Notes under the pieces: model-generated
What the model saw: the letters and a program-made list of their open reading frames with translations, nothing else
Database searches by the model: none
What the model was told of the DNA's origin: nothing
Translations under genes and position numbers: made by a program
Shown here: in pieces, positions 1-11,303 of the stretch
Layout of the letters: each line of letters opens with the position of its first letter
Position numbering within the stretch: position 1 is the stretch's first letter
Assembly: GCA_043228905.1 (NCBI GenBank)
Contig: JBHGNT010000008.1
Coordinates: 2,108,001 to 2,172,000 of the forward strand
Source of the DNA: Azolla caroliniana
Lineage: Eukaryota; Plantae; Polypodiophyta
Length of the DNA stretch: 64,000 nt
Direction: 5' to 3'

Positions 1-2038
1 ATGACTTGGGCATATGCTTCTTGTTCATCATGGCCCGCGCTACTTCGAGGATGTGCCGATTTTTGCGCTCGGCTACTCCGTTTTGTTGCGGAGTGTGTCG
101 GCAAGTGAATTCTCGCCGAATTCCTTCCTTTCGGAGATACGCCATGAAATCGTCCGAGAAGTACTCCTTGCCACGATCCGATCGAAGGCATCGTACATGT
201 TGGCCCATGGCTTTCTCGACTTCATTCTTGAAATTTTGGAAGTGTCCGAACACTTCGCTCTTTTGCCGCATTGGGTAGATCCAAGTGTGCCTAGAGAAGT
301 CATCGATGAAGAGCACGTAATATCGGTATCCGCCGAATGTAGCCGTCTGTGCCGGTCCCCATATGTCGGAATGGACTACGTCGAGTAGATCTTTGCTCAC
401 GTTCCGCTCTTTCGGGAATGGGTGTCGGTGTTGCTTGCCGAATTGGCACGCTTCGCATACACCTTCAATCTCCTTCTCTTTGAATGTCGGGAGTCCGATG
501 ACGACTCCTTTCGATTTCATTGCTTTGAGTTTGTTGAGATTGATGTGGCCGATTCGCTTGTGCCATAGCTCTATGTCGGAGTCAGCTTTCGTGTTTTTCG
601 CGAACATGGCGGATTTCATCTCGCGTGAATCGAGAATGAACATCCGTCCCTCTCTTCTTCCACGTGCGATGAGTCGGCCCTCTTTTTCGATGAAGCAACT
701 GCCTTGATTAAATCTAACTTGCATCCCTTGCTCTACAATTTGGCTGACGGAGACCAATTTCTTCGTAATGGTCGGTACATGCAAGACATTTTTAATGTAA
801 TTTTGTTTACCTTCTTTTCTGAACAGAACATTGCCAATGTGACGAATCGGGTGCGTAGTGTCGTCTCCAGTTTCGACATAGCCGGGTCAGTCCGGCTCTC
901 AAAGTTCTCGGAACCATTCTTGATGCGATGTCATATGGTTTGAGGCACCGGAATTGACGAACCATACGTCTTCCGGACCGGAGGCACTAGTTAAGGTAGT
1001 GGTCGACATAGAGTTTGCTCTATGTTTCATCATGAACATTGCGCCACGGTCGGAGTTGTGCGCATACATTCTGCCACGATCTTCGTACATTTCGCCACGG
1101 TCGGAGTTGTGTGCATACATTCCGCCACAATCTTCGTAGTTGGAGTTGTGTGCATAATTCATGAGTTGTCGGCTTGTGGAAGCCGATTCACGCATCTTCT
1201 TTCGGCACTATTCTTCGTGGTGGCCGAGCTTTCCGCAATATCCGCATTCGGTTGCGTTTTGACGGCTCGGGCCGGAGTGGAAGCTCCCCCTTCTTGCAAA
1301 GGTTCCTCGTTGGCCTCCATTTTGCGGCCGAAATTGGGAGTTGTTGTCGTAGGTCGGACCTCGTCCGCCTTGTCCTTGGCCGAATCGGCCTCTCGCTCGT
1401 CCGCGTCCTCTTCCTCCATTAGAGTGCGTGTAGAGCATGTGGCCTTCCGACTCATTGCTCCTTGTACGCACGTGGTTTTCTTCGACCAATAGCATTGATT
1501 GGAGCTCGAAGAAGGAGGGAGATTTCTCCCGTGCTAGAACGGCGGTTCGCATCGAGCCGAAACGTGGTGCGAGGCCGCCGAGGCATATTTGCACCATCTC
1601 ATCATCATCTATACTTACGCTTATTGAGCCGAGTGAATCGCAAAGCTCCTTGATCTTCAAGGTGTATGTCGTGACAGACATGTCCCTTTGTTGAATGTTG
1701 TTCAACTCTTGCGGGAGTTGAAGCTTCCTCGCAGTCGTGTTGGCGGCGAAAATCTTTCGTAGATTTTCTCACGCTTCCTTCGGTGTCTTGGCTTCTCGAA
1801 TGTAACCAAACATGTGGTCGTGAACACATGTTGCCAAACAATACATCACGCGGCTTGCGGATTGCTCCCATGTTGCGTATCCGGGAGCCGCTTCGGTGGG
1901 TCGGTCTTCATGCGCTCCTTTGATGTAGCTCCAATAGCCTTGTCTGACAAGGTATTGGTGCATCTTGTACTCCCAAGATGCGAAGTTTTTTCGATCCAAC
2001 TTCTCGGTAGGGAGAGCGCTCCCCATTTGAGTATTCAT
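1..2038 (-). pseudogene. Disrupted copia gag-pol (gag, zinc knuckle, protease, start of integrase)
   Basis: ORF pieces 1769-2038, 1208-1705 and 899-1195 join into gag-PR. There is a premature stop in the zinc knuckle at 1208-1210 and further disruptions. Confidence 0.88.
1043..1157. repeat. Coding tandem repeat (about 51-bp period) between zinc knuckle and protease of copia 0
   Basis: Encodes YAHNSNYEDCGGMYAHNSDRGEMYEDRGRMYAHNSDRG on the minus strand. Confidence 0.8.
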
Positions 2039-2185
2039 TATGTCGATTCTTCTTCTTCTTCTTCTCTCTTCGAATGCGAGCTATGTAGCGAAGCTATAAT
2101 AGCTATGAGCTGGTTCTTGGTCGTCGGCGTAGAGCACAACACACGATCACGATGAGGCGAATGGGCTAGATCAAGCTACCAAATC

Positions 2186-2197
2186 GCTCTGATACCA
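2186..2197 (-). promoter_or_regulatory. Primer-binding site (tRNA-iMet) of copia 0
   Basis: Minus strand reads TGGTATCAGAGC immediately after the LTR-terminal CA. Confidence 0.92.
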
Positions 2198-2584
2198 TGT
2201 AAAGAATCAAGAGATGGATTCTTGTGAAGCGGAAGAGATGTGAGTTATGTGTGTGTAAGAGAGAGAGAGAGAGAGAGTGAGAGAGTGAAACACAGAGAAT
2301 ACACAAGGTAAAAGTATATAGACAAAGGACAAAGACACAACGATATACAAGGTGGGAGGAGGGTGCTTTATGTAGTCACCCTCTCTCTTCATTAACTACA
2401 AGCCTCATGGAGCATGGGGAATGTGAAAGCTCATAAGTTATGTGTCATAGAATATGATTCTATGACTCATACTAAATGCTAGAATACAAAGTGGTGACAT
2501 AATGGTGACTCTTGACCGTTGGAGTGTCTCTTCACTCTCAAGGTGAGTTCACACACTAGACCAAGTTGAGCTTGATTTTCAACA
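2198..2584 (-). repeat. 5' LTR of copia 0
   Basis: TG...CA termini, adjacent to the PBS, contains a (GA)n tract. The right boundary is approximate. Confidence 0.7.
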
Positions 2585-2624
2585 TGCACATAATGCATGC
2601 CTGAGTGGAGATCATGATAAGGAT

Positions 2625-3296
2625 TTGAAAATGATGGAGCCTTCCGAGATACTAGATGTTTTTCTGTCCGAAGAAGAAAGTACAATCCTAAATGCAAAGA
2701 TCAAAAGATTAAAGAAATGTTCGTTCATTTGTAAACTACTTGGTGGTAGGCCCAGTAAAGGTATGGTCCATGACATGTTACAGGTAGCTCTAATGGATAA
2801 GGTCCCACAGATAAAGAATGTGGATAATATGGGACGAAATTTCTTTCACATTGAAGTGGTTGAGGGGAGTGATGTATTTCAAATTATTGATATGAAATGT
2901 GTAGCGCTCAAATTTGGAAGAGCTCTTTTTTTGGAGTGGCATGCTAACTTCAATGTTATGCATGAGGCTAAGAAAATTGGTAATCCCATGGTAATATCTA
3001 TGGTATTTCCAAATCTTCCACGACAATTATATCCTTTGATGAAAAATATTGGGGAGAAGATTGGCACAGTTTGTCCTTCAAAGGAAACCATGGTAGATAG
3101 AATCAAAGACTCTCCTAAGATTAGGGTGCTTGTGCAAAGTTTTTCCACACACCCCTCTATAATTAAGGTGCATGATGTGGAGGTTAGATTGATAGACGTG
3201 GAAGTGGAATATGAAGGACTACCTGGACAATGTTTCTATTTTTTAAAAAAGGGCCACATTGTTAGGAATGCCCTAGGAAGCTCAATAGTAATGTAA
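2625..3296 (+). pseudogene. LINE ORF1 remnant (plant LINE ORF1 / DUF4283-like, degenerate zinc knuckle)
   Basis: KRLKKCSFICKLLGGRPS, MGRNFFHIE and YEGLPGQCF..KKGH align with LINE-2 ORF1. Confidence 0.8.
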
Positions 3297-4299
3297 AGGG
3301 GGAGAAGGTTACGGGTCCGTTAGCTAAGCAAGAGACGGTAAGGGTGACAAGCTCGAGTACCCTCAATGGGGTTGAGAAGGCGAAGACTAGTGCACACAAC
3401 TGGAATCTTGTTTTGGGATGCAAAAATGGCTTGCAACGAGAAGTAAACACAGATATGTCTCATGTCTCATGTAGATTTGGAGTGTTGCAAGAAGAGGAGG
3501 ACCTAGCACAGGATCCAAGGACAACTATTGTTGAAGAGGTGGTAGCATGTACACCCGAGGTCATGCTAAAAGTGCATTACTCAGACAGGAATCTATCATG
3601 AGATCCCTCTCCTCCATTGACAAAAGTGGAAGTATTGGATTGAGAGCAATGAAAGACTGGTTACACAATGGGAGGTGTCAAGAAATCTCATCCATCACTT
3701 CTGAAATTCAAAAGTTGCAAGAGTTGAGACAAGTATGGAGGTAGATGTTAGAATTCCAATCAAATTTGTTCGGTCAAAAATATTGGAAAGTGGCACGCTT
3801 GACAAGGGATATAGGTTTAACCAATAGGCTCTCACAAGTCTGACTGATTTGTGTCATGGGGAAGCCCTAGGGCTAAGGGTTTATGTAGTAGTTGTTGAAC
3901 GAAACAAGCTCCCTACTATAGGCTTCTCTTTTGATCTAACAGACCTAGAGGTTTCAACCAGTAACATGATGCGAATCTCTAGCTCTATAGAAGTTAGGGC
4001 ACACAAATACTTTGACAGCCTATGTATCACCTGGAATGGAGATAATTGGATGGTGATGTGGATGAATGTTGGAATGATATGTGGGAGTTTCAACAATTCT
4101 TGCATTAAAATGCATTTACTATTATGCCTAGAGGAGTTGGTAGACTCCCTCGATGAGGTGTTACACTTCCATGAGGAGGAAATGGAAGAAGCTACAAGGC
4201 AAGACGTGGTTTTAGGATGGGAGAGGATCAGGGAGGGAGGTTGGGCATGGACTCGTGGGGAGGGACTATGCCCTTCTTGGGAGACTTCACAATTGATTT

Positions 4300-6127
4300 C
4301 ATGAAATTAATCACGTGGAACATACACCTTGTCTAGGCGATAGCAAATGCATGATGGAGAGGAAGAACTTTCATCAAGAGTTCAAATCCCCGAGCTTTAA
4401 GGGGATCCCGGACATTTTGCTCTTGCAAGAGCACCATTTGAGTGCGAACAGAATCTTGAGTATTGGCAATCCTCTTGCGGGGGATTGGCATACTTTTTGG
4501 TCCCCAACTCAAGGTGAGCATGGTAGAAAAGGGGATGTTTGTACATCTATCAAGCATAATTTGGACATAATCTGCATTTATGGAAAGAGCAGGCTACAAT
4601 ATAAATGGTTTTTGTATGGCTCAAATAGACACATAAGCTCGGAACTGAAAAAATATGGCAGCAATGTTGAAATCATCGCAAGTTCGGCTTACTCTGATCA
4701 TATGCCAGTTAAGATTACGTTGGTCAATCAGAGGAGGCAAAAAAGGGACTGCAACCTGAGGATCAACAGTAAATTTTTTGAGGATGCGGAGGTGGGAAGT
4801 AAGATAAGGAGTATATTGGAAAGTAATCCAGTTGGTTGTAGTGCACTTGATAAACTTCGAGGAAAGATTATTGAAACTTCAATGTATTTGCATGAAGAGA
4901 CTAAAAATAGAATTGTGAGGGCTAAGGAAAGAGAAGTGAGATTAAGAAGATCAATAGCAACTGCCCAAAGAATACTTCAGAAAAATCTCGTGTCACTGGT
5001 GTAGATCAGGTCTTGAGGCTACTAAAGAAACACTACAACGGTTGATTGTGTCTAGAAACAAGATGTTATTCAGGAGTTCAACAACATGGTAGAGCACGAA
5101 TGGGGATAAGGTGAACCAACACTTTTTTAAGTATAAAAAAGTCGAGAACAAACGGTAGCTTCAGTCCTAAGTTGATTAAGGAGGATGGTTCACTGTCGGA
5201 GGATGTATCGGAGATCATGGAGGCGGTCACAACTCACTATAGTGGGCTTCTCTCATCTAGTTATAGTATCCATGAACAACCTTCACTGGCAGAATTTGTA
5301 CTAGAGGGAATGCAACAAAGAATTTCAAAGGTTGCACAAGTTAATTTGTCAAGGCCACTCTTGGAAGAGGAGGTGTTAGACGCTTTGGTGGGTATATGTA
5401 GAATGTCTTGTCTAGGCGTCAACGGATTATTAAGAGATTTTTTTTTTTAAATTTGGGAAGTGATAAAGGTTGACTTTGTTGCTCGTTTAAATGAGGCATG
5501 GGATGTTGGGTGCTTATCTGAGCATTTTAAAGAGGGGTTGATATTTCTAATTCCTAATGTACATGGTATAATAACTGATGTGAGGCAATGGAGACCAATT
5601 ACTTTGCTCAACTCAATCTATAAGATTTTTGCTAATATTTTGGCCAAGAGGGTCAAACCCCACTTGCATGCGCTAATTAATGTTAGACAAACAGGATTTA
5701 TGGAAAATAGATGTATAATTGATAATGTGTTGACCTTTTGGGAGGTGATTACCTTGGCAAAGAAAACCAATCAACATATTGTATGTCTCATGCTTGACTT
5801 CGAGAAGGCATATGACAGAGTACAGTGTCCTTTTTAGACAAAGTCATGTAAGTTTGGTTTTCAACAGCAAAAGCTCCCAAGCAGTGACGCGTTGTTAAAT
5901 ATCTGGTTCGACTTGGTATCTTGGTTGCAGCCCCTATCTTGGTTGCGACCCTGCAGGGACGGTACGACTTGATTCAAGGGAAATCAGATGCAGCAGAAAG
6001 AGCTCGGTCAAAGTTTTTGCTGAAATGGGGTAGTTCTCCTGTGGTGATCAGATCATCGTCAGGGCCTAAAGGGAACTACCAAGCACCCAGATGGCAATTT
6101 CCACCAATGACTTCCATTAGTGACTAG
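4300..6127 (+). pseudogene. LINE ORF2 remnants (APE endonuclease, partial RT, C-terminus)
   Basis: ORF fragments 4315-5004, 5172-5450, 5460-5837 and 5921-6127 carry EN, RT and C-terminal motifs. Confidence 0.85.
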
Positions 6128-7389
6128 GAACTGTAAATATGTATAGTTGTGGTATAAGTTAATTATTATGAAAAAAGAGTTGATGGGATACTTTGGTTGT
6201 AAATGAGGGGGTAGGGACTACGATCACTTTGGTGATAAGGCCAGAGTGAGGTTTGCTGAAATTTGTTGGTCTTTGATGTACTTTGTTTGCTAACTAATGC
6301 GAAGTAGTGTTTTTTTTTTTTAAATAAAAATAAAAAATAAACAATATTTTTTCTAACAACATTAAACTTTACCAAGTTGTAAAAACTAGCCATTCCTACT
6401 AAATAAAAGATAGTTCCCCACAAATTATAATACGACCATGTTTCTTGTATACATTTGGCTAATAACTATTATTTTTAGATTGCAATTTGCAATATTAAGT
6501 TTTATAGGGTTCTAACATTATTTTCCTTAACTCCTTGAAACAACTAGATTAACATCAATACTTCGATTAACATTAATAATACACATATTTTATTTTATTT
6601 TTCTCAAAAAAATTCCTTCCGTTAGTTACAAAAATTTACAAATGATAATACACATATTAAAATCCTCATTAAATAATAATAATCATTATCATAGCTAACA
6701 ATTATAATAATCATAGATAAACTATCAATCTACATATATTAATTAATTAATTTTAAAAAAATAGCTAATAGTGAAGGTCGATCTTGGCACATACGCATAC
6801 AAAGTAGAGACATTAATTATTACAATGATGTTGCATTTCCTAACAACAATACCACTACTAACATTGCTCACATTCATGGTCCATACTAGTGCATATTGTG
6901 TGTTGATGACAACACGACAATGTGTGTATGGCCCACAATATTAGAAAAGAAGAAAACGAAAACAAGTCGAGAGTTGGCCAATCCAAACCATAGAACAAAT
7001 TTATCTATAACATTATACAAAATTGATTAGCCTAGCATTAGGCCCACCTCAACATTAGAGTAGAGCCTCACTCCTCTTTCAATGGCATTTGTAAAGTTGT
7101 GCTCATAATTAGGAATTGTTAGTCCTAAGCATTGTCACATCTTTGTATCTCCCACTTATTAATAAATTGTTTTTTAAACTTTTTGTTTTCTACTATCCTT
7201 TAATAGTGGATTAATTGTTCTTAAACAATGTCTATTAAATAATTAAGTGATATATATCTAATGAAATCCAATCAATATGTGTGTTAGTGCAACTACCTAT
7301 TATCGATGACCATCAATTAGCATTAAACAAGACCACCTTATAGCTTGTACATTAGAGATACTATAATGAACCCATGAAGACTAGTTGTT

Positions 7390-8180
7390 TGACAACATCC
7401 TTGATGACCACAACAACAAATCTTGAACCCAAGTTGGAGAAATGAATTTTCATTTGCCACTCTCTTGAACAAAAGGAGTACGAATGTTTCAACCCTACTA
7501 TTGTAAAGTTTTATGTAATCCAAGATGCCATGTTTGACAAAATTTGCATACTCTAAAGTGGGCCACATCCATGGAGACCATGGACAAAGTCGACACCAAT
7601 ATCAATATCAAACCAACCTAGACACCACTTGAACACATCAATTAGGAATTTAGCTTGATGAGTTGTGTGGGTGAGCACTCGAGCCTTGACCATAATACAT
7701 CATGAGATGCACGATCGTAGTTGGACTTGAGAAAGGCAAGTATGGGAACAACTATCAAAGCTCCAACATAGACGAAATGTGGTCTCCATTTATTTGGCAA
7801 GCCCAATTTCATCTATTGATGAAGAAGTTTGGTATCCATATTGTGAGGACATCAAGTGTGAAAAAAAACCTTTGAGAGGCACATTAGAGACAATGATGTT
7901 CTTTACTCATGAGAAGCATCTGGTTGCATGATTCAAGTACAAAGATTCTATGATGTTATATAATGCCGTTATGGTGAAAGTAGAATTTATTCTCAAGTCA
8001 AAAAGATTCACCAGAACAACATGTCATTCTCTTTGGGAAAAAAGGATGGGTGAAAAGATGCAAGCACTCTATGAAAATGACTTGTGGAACTTCATCATGT
8101 CCCTATGACATAAGACGGTCATCAATTATTGATGGATCTACAAAGTAAAATTCAACTATGAAGGCTCCATCAATTGGTGC
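7390..8180 (+). mobile_element. Highly degenerate copia pol remnant
   Basis: About 8046-8177 translates MGEKMQALYENDLWNF...WIYKVKFNYEGSINW, the copia RT N-terminus. The left boundary is uncertain. Confidence 0.6.
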
Positions 8181-9139
8181 ATCTCTTGTCATAGATACCC
8201 AAGGATGTTTTGCAACACAAACTCCTATGTCTCATCATAGATATGCCATTTTTATAACAATTCAAAAATGATACAAAGAAGATGATGTAATGCAAACGAC
8301 TAGAGAAGAAAGGGCATGTGAAATAATTCATGTTTTCAACCTTTAAATCTTACAATTCATTTTGGAAGGATTTGCTTTTGTTTTATTGTATATTTCATTT
8401 TTATCAACAATTTCTTTACATTTCTTTACCACAAATATATATATGTAAATATGTATTTGTAGATCAATGCTCGTTTTTATCAACAATTTCTCTATCCCTT
8501 AGAACCTTTGATTTGCTTGGCCATACTCTTAGCTACTTTCCAGAACTAAACGGCACAAAAGAAACACAAAAGAAAACGAAAGTCTCCTGATATATGAACT
8601 CATAATGCACAAACTTGGTCACAAGAAATTGACCAATGTATCTAACTAACCTTCTCTTGGTTTCAATATATAATTTATCAAGTGATGGCTAATTGAGTGG
8701 TACAAGGCCAAGATTTAAGTTTCCAATTTCCAAACTATTACTTAAATGTTCTTTTCAACATGGCCCAAAAACTTTTCATTCGTTGCTGCATATTAATAGA
8801 TACTAGTTCAAAATGCCCCCTCTCATTTGAGGCATAATAAGAAGCTTGTCTTCAAATATTTTGTGCCCACACCTAGAGATAACATAATCATAAGGGGTTG
8901 ACAAAACACGCATGCCTATCATACGAGATTGCATTTTCACGAGTATCTTGGTTGTAACCGATGTTAGAAGAATTGAATGATAATCAATCCTAAAAGCAAA
9001 TTTGTCGTGTAGACAAGAGGTTAACTAACTAAAAAGCCCCATATCACATATTTTTGCTTGATCCTACTTCCATTGATAGCGGGGACTCCAATTATATATA
9101 AATCTTTATGATTTGACCCTAGGTGAGGAAATTCAATCA

Positions 9140-10792
9140 CTAATCCGTGGAAACTTCTTTGATATCATTGACTTCAATTACATTGTCCTCGAGTGCCTCT
9201 AGGTCCTTCTCGTCCTCGAGGCTCGAATCATCCAACGTCGAATTCATCAAGTCTAGCTTCAAGCAACCATCTTGTCTCGACACTCTAAAGTACTCATGGG
9301 TGGGAGCCCTCACTTCTCGCAACACGAACCGACCATTTCGTCGGAACGAGCGAAGACAATAGCTTGCGGTACTACATCCCCCGGGACTTGTCTGGCTCAT
9401 TCCCTTGTGGGAGAAACTGTGGATACCTAAAGAATTGAGGGGAGGGGGGAATTTCCTCATGTGACATCCCCTCGAGTGAGACCCGGGTGCCACCGAGAAG
9501 GTTCCCAATTCCCAATCACTTTCGGGATCCTCGTCCGGGAATGGAAACTTCGATACACAACACTTTGATTGGTCCACGAGCTCGTCGGCATTACTTGGCA
9601 CTACGGGACCCATGGTATCGGTTATTGGCCCCGTTATGACGTCATGGACGATGTTATTCTCCTTGGAACCAAGGATTTCTTCATCGATTTCGTGGTTACA
9701 TGGCCCTTGCAATGTAAAACCTCCCTTCCCAACAAGATCACTACCAAGGGGAGGTGGCGAGAGTGGAGCCGCCGGACCCGAACCCGAACCCGAACCCAAA
9801 CATTCCACGGGATTAGAATCAGGGGATGATGATGATGATGAATACCCAACATGCTCGGAAACATCATCCCGACCATAGACGGAATTATTATTAAGGGATG
9901 CGGATGGGTGTGTTGGACACAATGCCATATAATCATGACCCATGACTTCATCACTCAAATTCGGCGGCGGTACATGCAAGGCCGATGCATCCTTATCATT
10001 GCCATGGCCATGGCCATCATCATTATCATCATGGCCATGGCCATCATCACCATCACCATCACCACCATCACTATCATCATCAAGACCAAGACCAAGACCA
10101 GGACCAAGACCAAGACCAAGACCAAGACCAAGACCAAGTCCAGGACCAGGACCAGGACCAGGACCATCACCATCACCATCACCATCACCATCACCATGGA
10201 TGCAGATGTGGTCCATGGTGTCACATGGACCATTCTCACCGGAATCTGGTCTGGAGAGGTCCAATCCTCCTAGCATGCTGGCGATGATTCGGCGCCCGCT
10301 GCTCCCTCTCTTCTGATTACTAGAGCCACTACCATGTGCAGAAGAATTACAAGAAGAAGAGGTGGAGGAGGAATTGGAAGAAGAAGAAGAAGATGATGAT
10401 GATGATGATGAGTAGTACTCTGTGGTGCATTCATCGAAGGGGTGATCGCCATGGTTCCTCCTACTCGAGCTGCGGCAAGTCTTGGGATACAACAGCACTT
10501 TGCACAGGCAGTCCTTGAGAGACATGGCATGATCATCATGAGGCTTGACCCCTATACACCTAATCACGTCCATGAGATGCTTACCAGGCTTAGCTGTGGC
10601 AGACTGCTTGTCATCCTTGAACCTCTTTTTCACTGTATACGCATCCGATTGATTGACCAGTTTAGGTTTGGATATCTTGCCTACTGCTGATTTTGGTTTA
10701 GGGTTAGGGTTAGGGTTAGGGTTAGGGTTAGGGTTAGGGTTCTTTGCTTCAGAATAGAAGAGACCAAGGTAGGAGTGGATCGGGGTTTTCAT
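9140..10792 (-). CDS. FAF: FANTASTIC FOUR (FAF)-domain protein, 550 aa, apparently intronless, low-complexity N-terminal and central region
   Basis: The C-terminal FPPPLNSLG...CLRSFRRNGRFVLREVRAPTHEYFRVSRQDGCLKLDLM (about 9245-9451) matches the plant FAF domain pattern (FPPPL...RRDGRLVL.EV......A.R.DGRL.L). The ATG-to-TAG ORF is uninterrupted. This is a family-level call, not an ortholog assignment. Confidence 0.88.
   Translation of the reverse strand: MKTPIHSYLGLFYSEAKNPNPNPNPNPNPNPKPKSAVGKISKPKLVNQSDAYTVKKRFKDDKQSATAKPGKHLMDVIRCIGVKPHDDHAMSLKDCLCKVLLYPKTCRSSSRRNHGDHPFDECTTEYYSSSSSSSSSSSSNSSSTSSSCNSSAHGSGSSNQKRGSSGRRIIASMLGGLDLSRPDSGENGPCDTMDHICIHGDGDGDGDGDGPGPGPGPGLGLGLGLGLGLGPGLGLGLDDDSDGGDGDGDDGHGHDDNDDGHGHGNDKDASALHVPPPNLSDEVMGHDYMALCPTHPSASLNNNSVYGRDDVSEHVGYSSSSSSPDSNPVECLGSGSGSGPAAPLSPPPLGSDLVGKGGFTLQGPCNHEIDEEILGSKENNIVHDVITGPITDTMGPVVPSNADELVDQSKCCVSKFPFPDEDPESDWELGTFSVAPGSHSRGCHMRKFPPPLNSLGIHSFSHKGMSQTSPGGCSTASYCLRSFRRNGRFVLREVRAPTHEYFRVSRQDGCLKLDLMNSTLDDSSLEDEKDLEALEDNVIEVNDIKEVSTD
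10000..10198. repeat. Compound coding hexamer repeats in the FAF gene: (GD)n, (GP)n, (GL)n, (GH)n
   Basis: Adjacent (accatc)n, (accagg)n and (accaag)n arrays, all in frame. Confidence 0.95.
10698..10739 (+). repeat. (TTAGGG)7 tract inside the FAF CDS, encoding (NP)n
   Basis: Seven consecutive TTAGGG units read directly. Confidence 0.97.
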
Positions 10793-10837
10793 GGCTTGAG
10801 TGTTTTGTTTTTTTTCACTGGATGAGTATGTGTAGTT

Positions 10838-10933
10838 GTGGCTATGGCTATGGCTATGGCTGTGGCTGTGGCTGTGGCTGTGGCTGTGAGCTATGGCTAT
10901 TGAAGAAGAAGAAGAAGAAGAAGAAGAGGAGGA
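10838..10933. repeat. (tgtggc/tatggc)n and (gaa)n microsatellites in the probable FAF 5' UTR
   Basis: Read directly, 45-140 bp upstream of the ATG. Confidence 0.85.
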
Positions 10934-11257
10934 GAAAAGGAAACTCCTCTACATTTGGAAGACCCAAAAAAAAGGAAAAAAAGCTCTCTTTGTTTTCTCC
11001 TCTCTATTTTTATTTTTATTTTTTATTTATTTATTTTGTTTTGTTTTGTTTTTTACTTTTATTTTTTGTTTGTTGCTACTTGGGGTTATAGAATATCTCT
11101 GCTTCTTCTTCTTTTTTCTAAACTGCATTTAAAATTGATTAAAAACTTTTAAGTATATTTCCTGGCATTAAGCCTCTAACTTTAGCAATATACCTCTAAT
11201 CAATGATGTCATCACCACCTTCTTAATCTCAATGTATACATATATAGTTTTTTCCAT

Positions 11258-11303
11258 TGTGTTTGTGTGTGTGTGTGTGTGTGTGTCTCTCTCTCTCTCT
11301 CTC
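11258..11303. repeat. (GT)n(CT)n compound microsatellite
   Basis: Read directly. Confidence 0.95.

Larger units (their letters stand above)
1..2584 (-). mobile_element. Ty1/copia LTR retrotransposon, 5' part (copia 0); runs off the left edge of the window
   Basis: Minus-strand gag (KLDRKNFASWEYKMHQYL), zinc knuckle CGYCGKLGH, protease-like WFVNSGASNHMT, tRNA-iMet PBS, and an LTR beginning TG at 2198. The right LTR end (..TCAACA, 2584) is inferred because the partner LTR lies outside the window. Confidence 0.9.
2585..6341 (+). mobile_element. Decayed L1-clade LINE (LINE-1) with a large internal ORF2 deletion
   Basis: ORF1 homologous to LINE-2 ORF1; EN motifs LLQEHHL and SDHMPV; RT motifs WRPITLLNSIYK and LDFEKAYDRV. 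The sequence then jumps at about 5850 to the ORF2 C-terminus (YDLIQG..RWQFPP). T12 (6310-6321) is followed by an A-rich tail. Confidence 0.88.

Noticed and set aside
9851-10518. Plus-strand and alternate-frame ORFs with poly-His, QD, TK or PR repeats
   Set aside because: They are shadow frames of stop-free microsatellites in the FAF CDS.
10698-10739. Chromosome end or telomere-fusion scar
   Set aside because: Only 42 bp, in frame within an intact ORF that has many other hexamer expansions.
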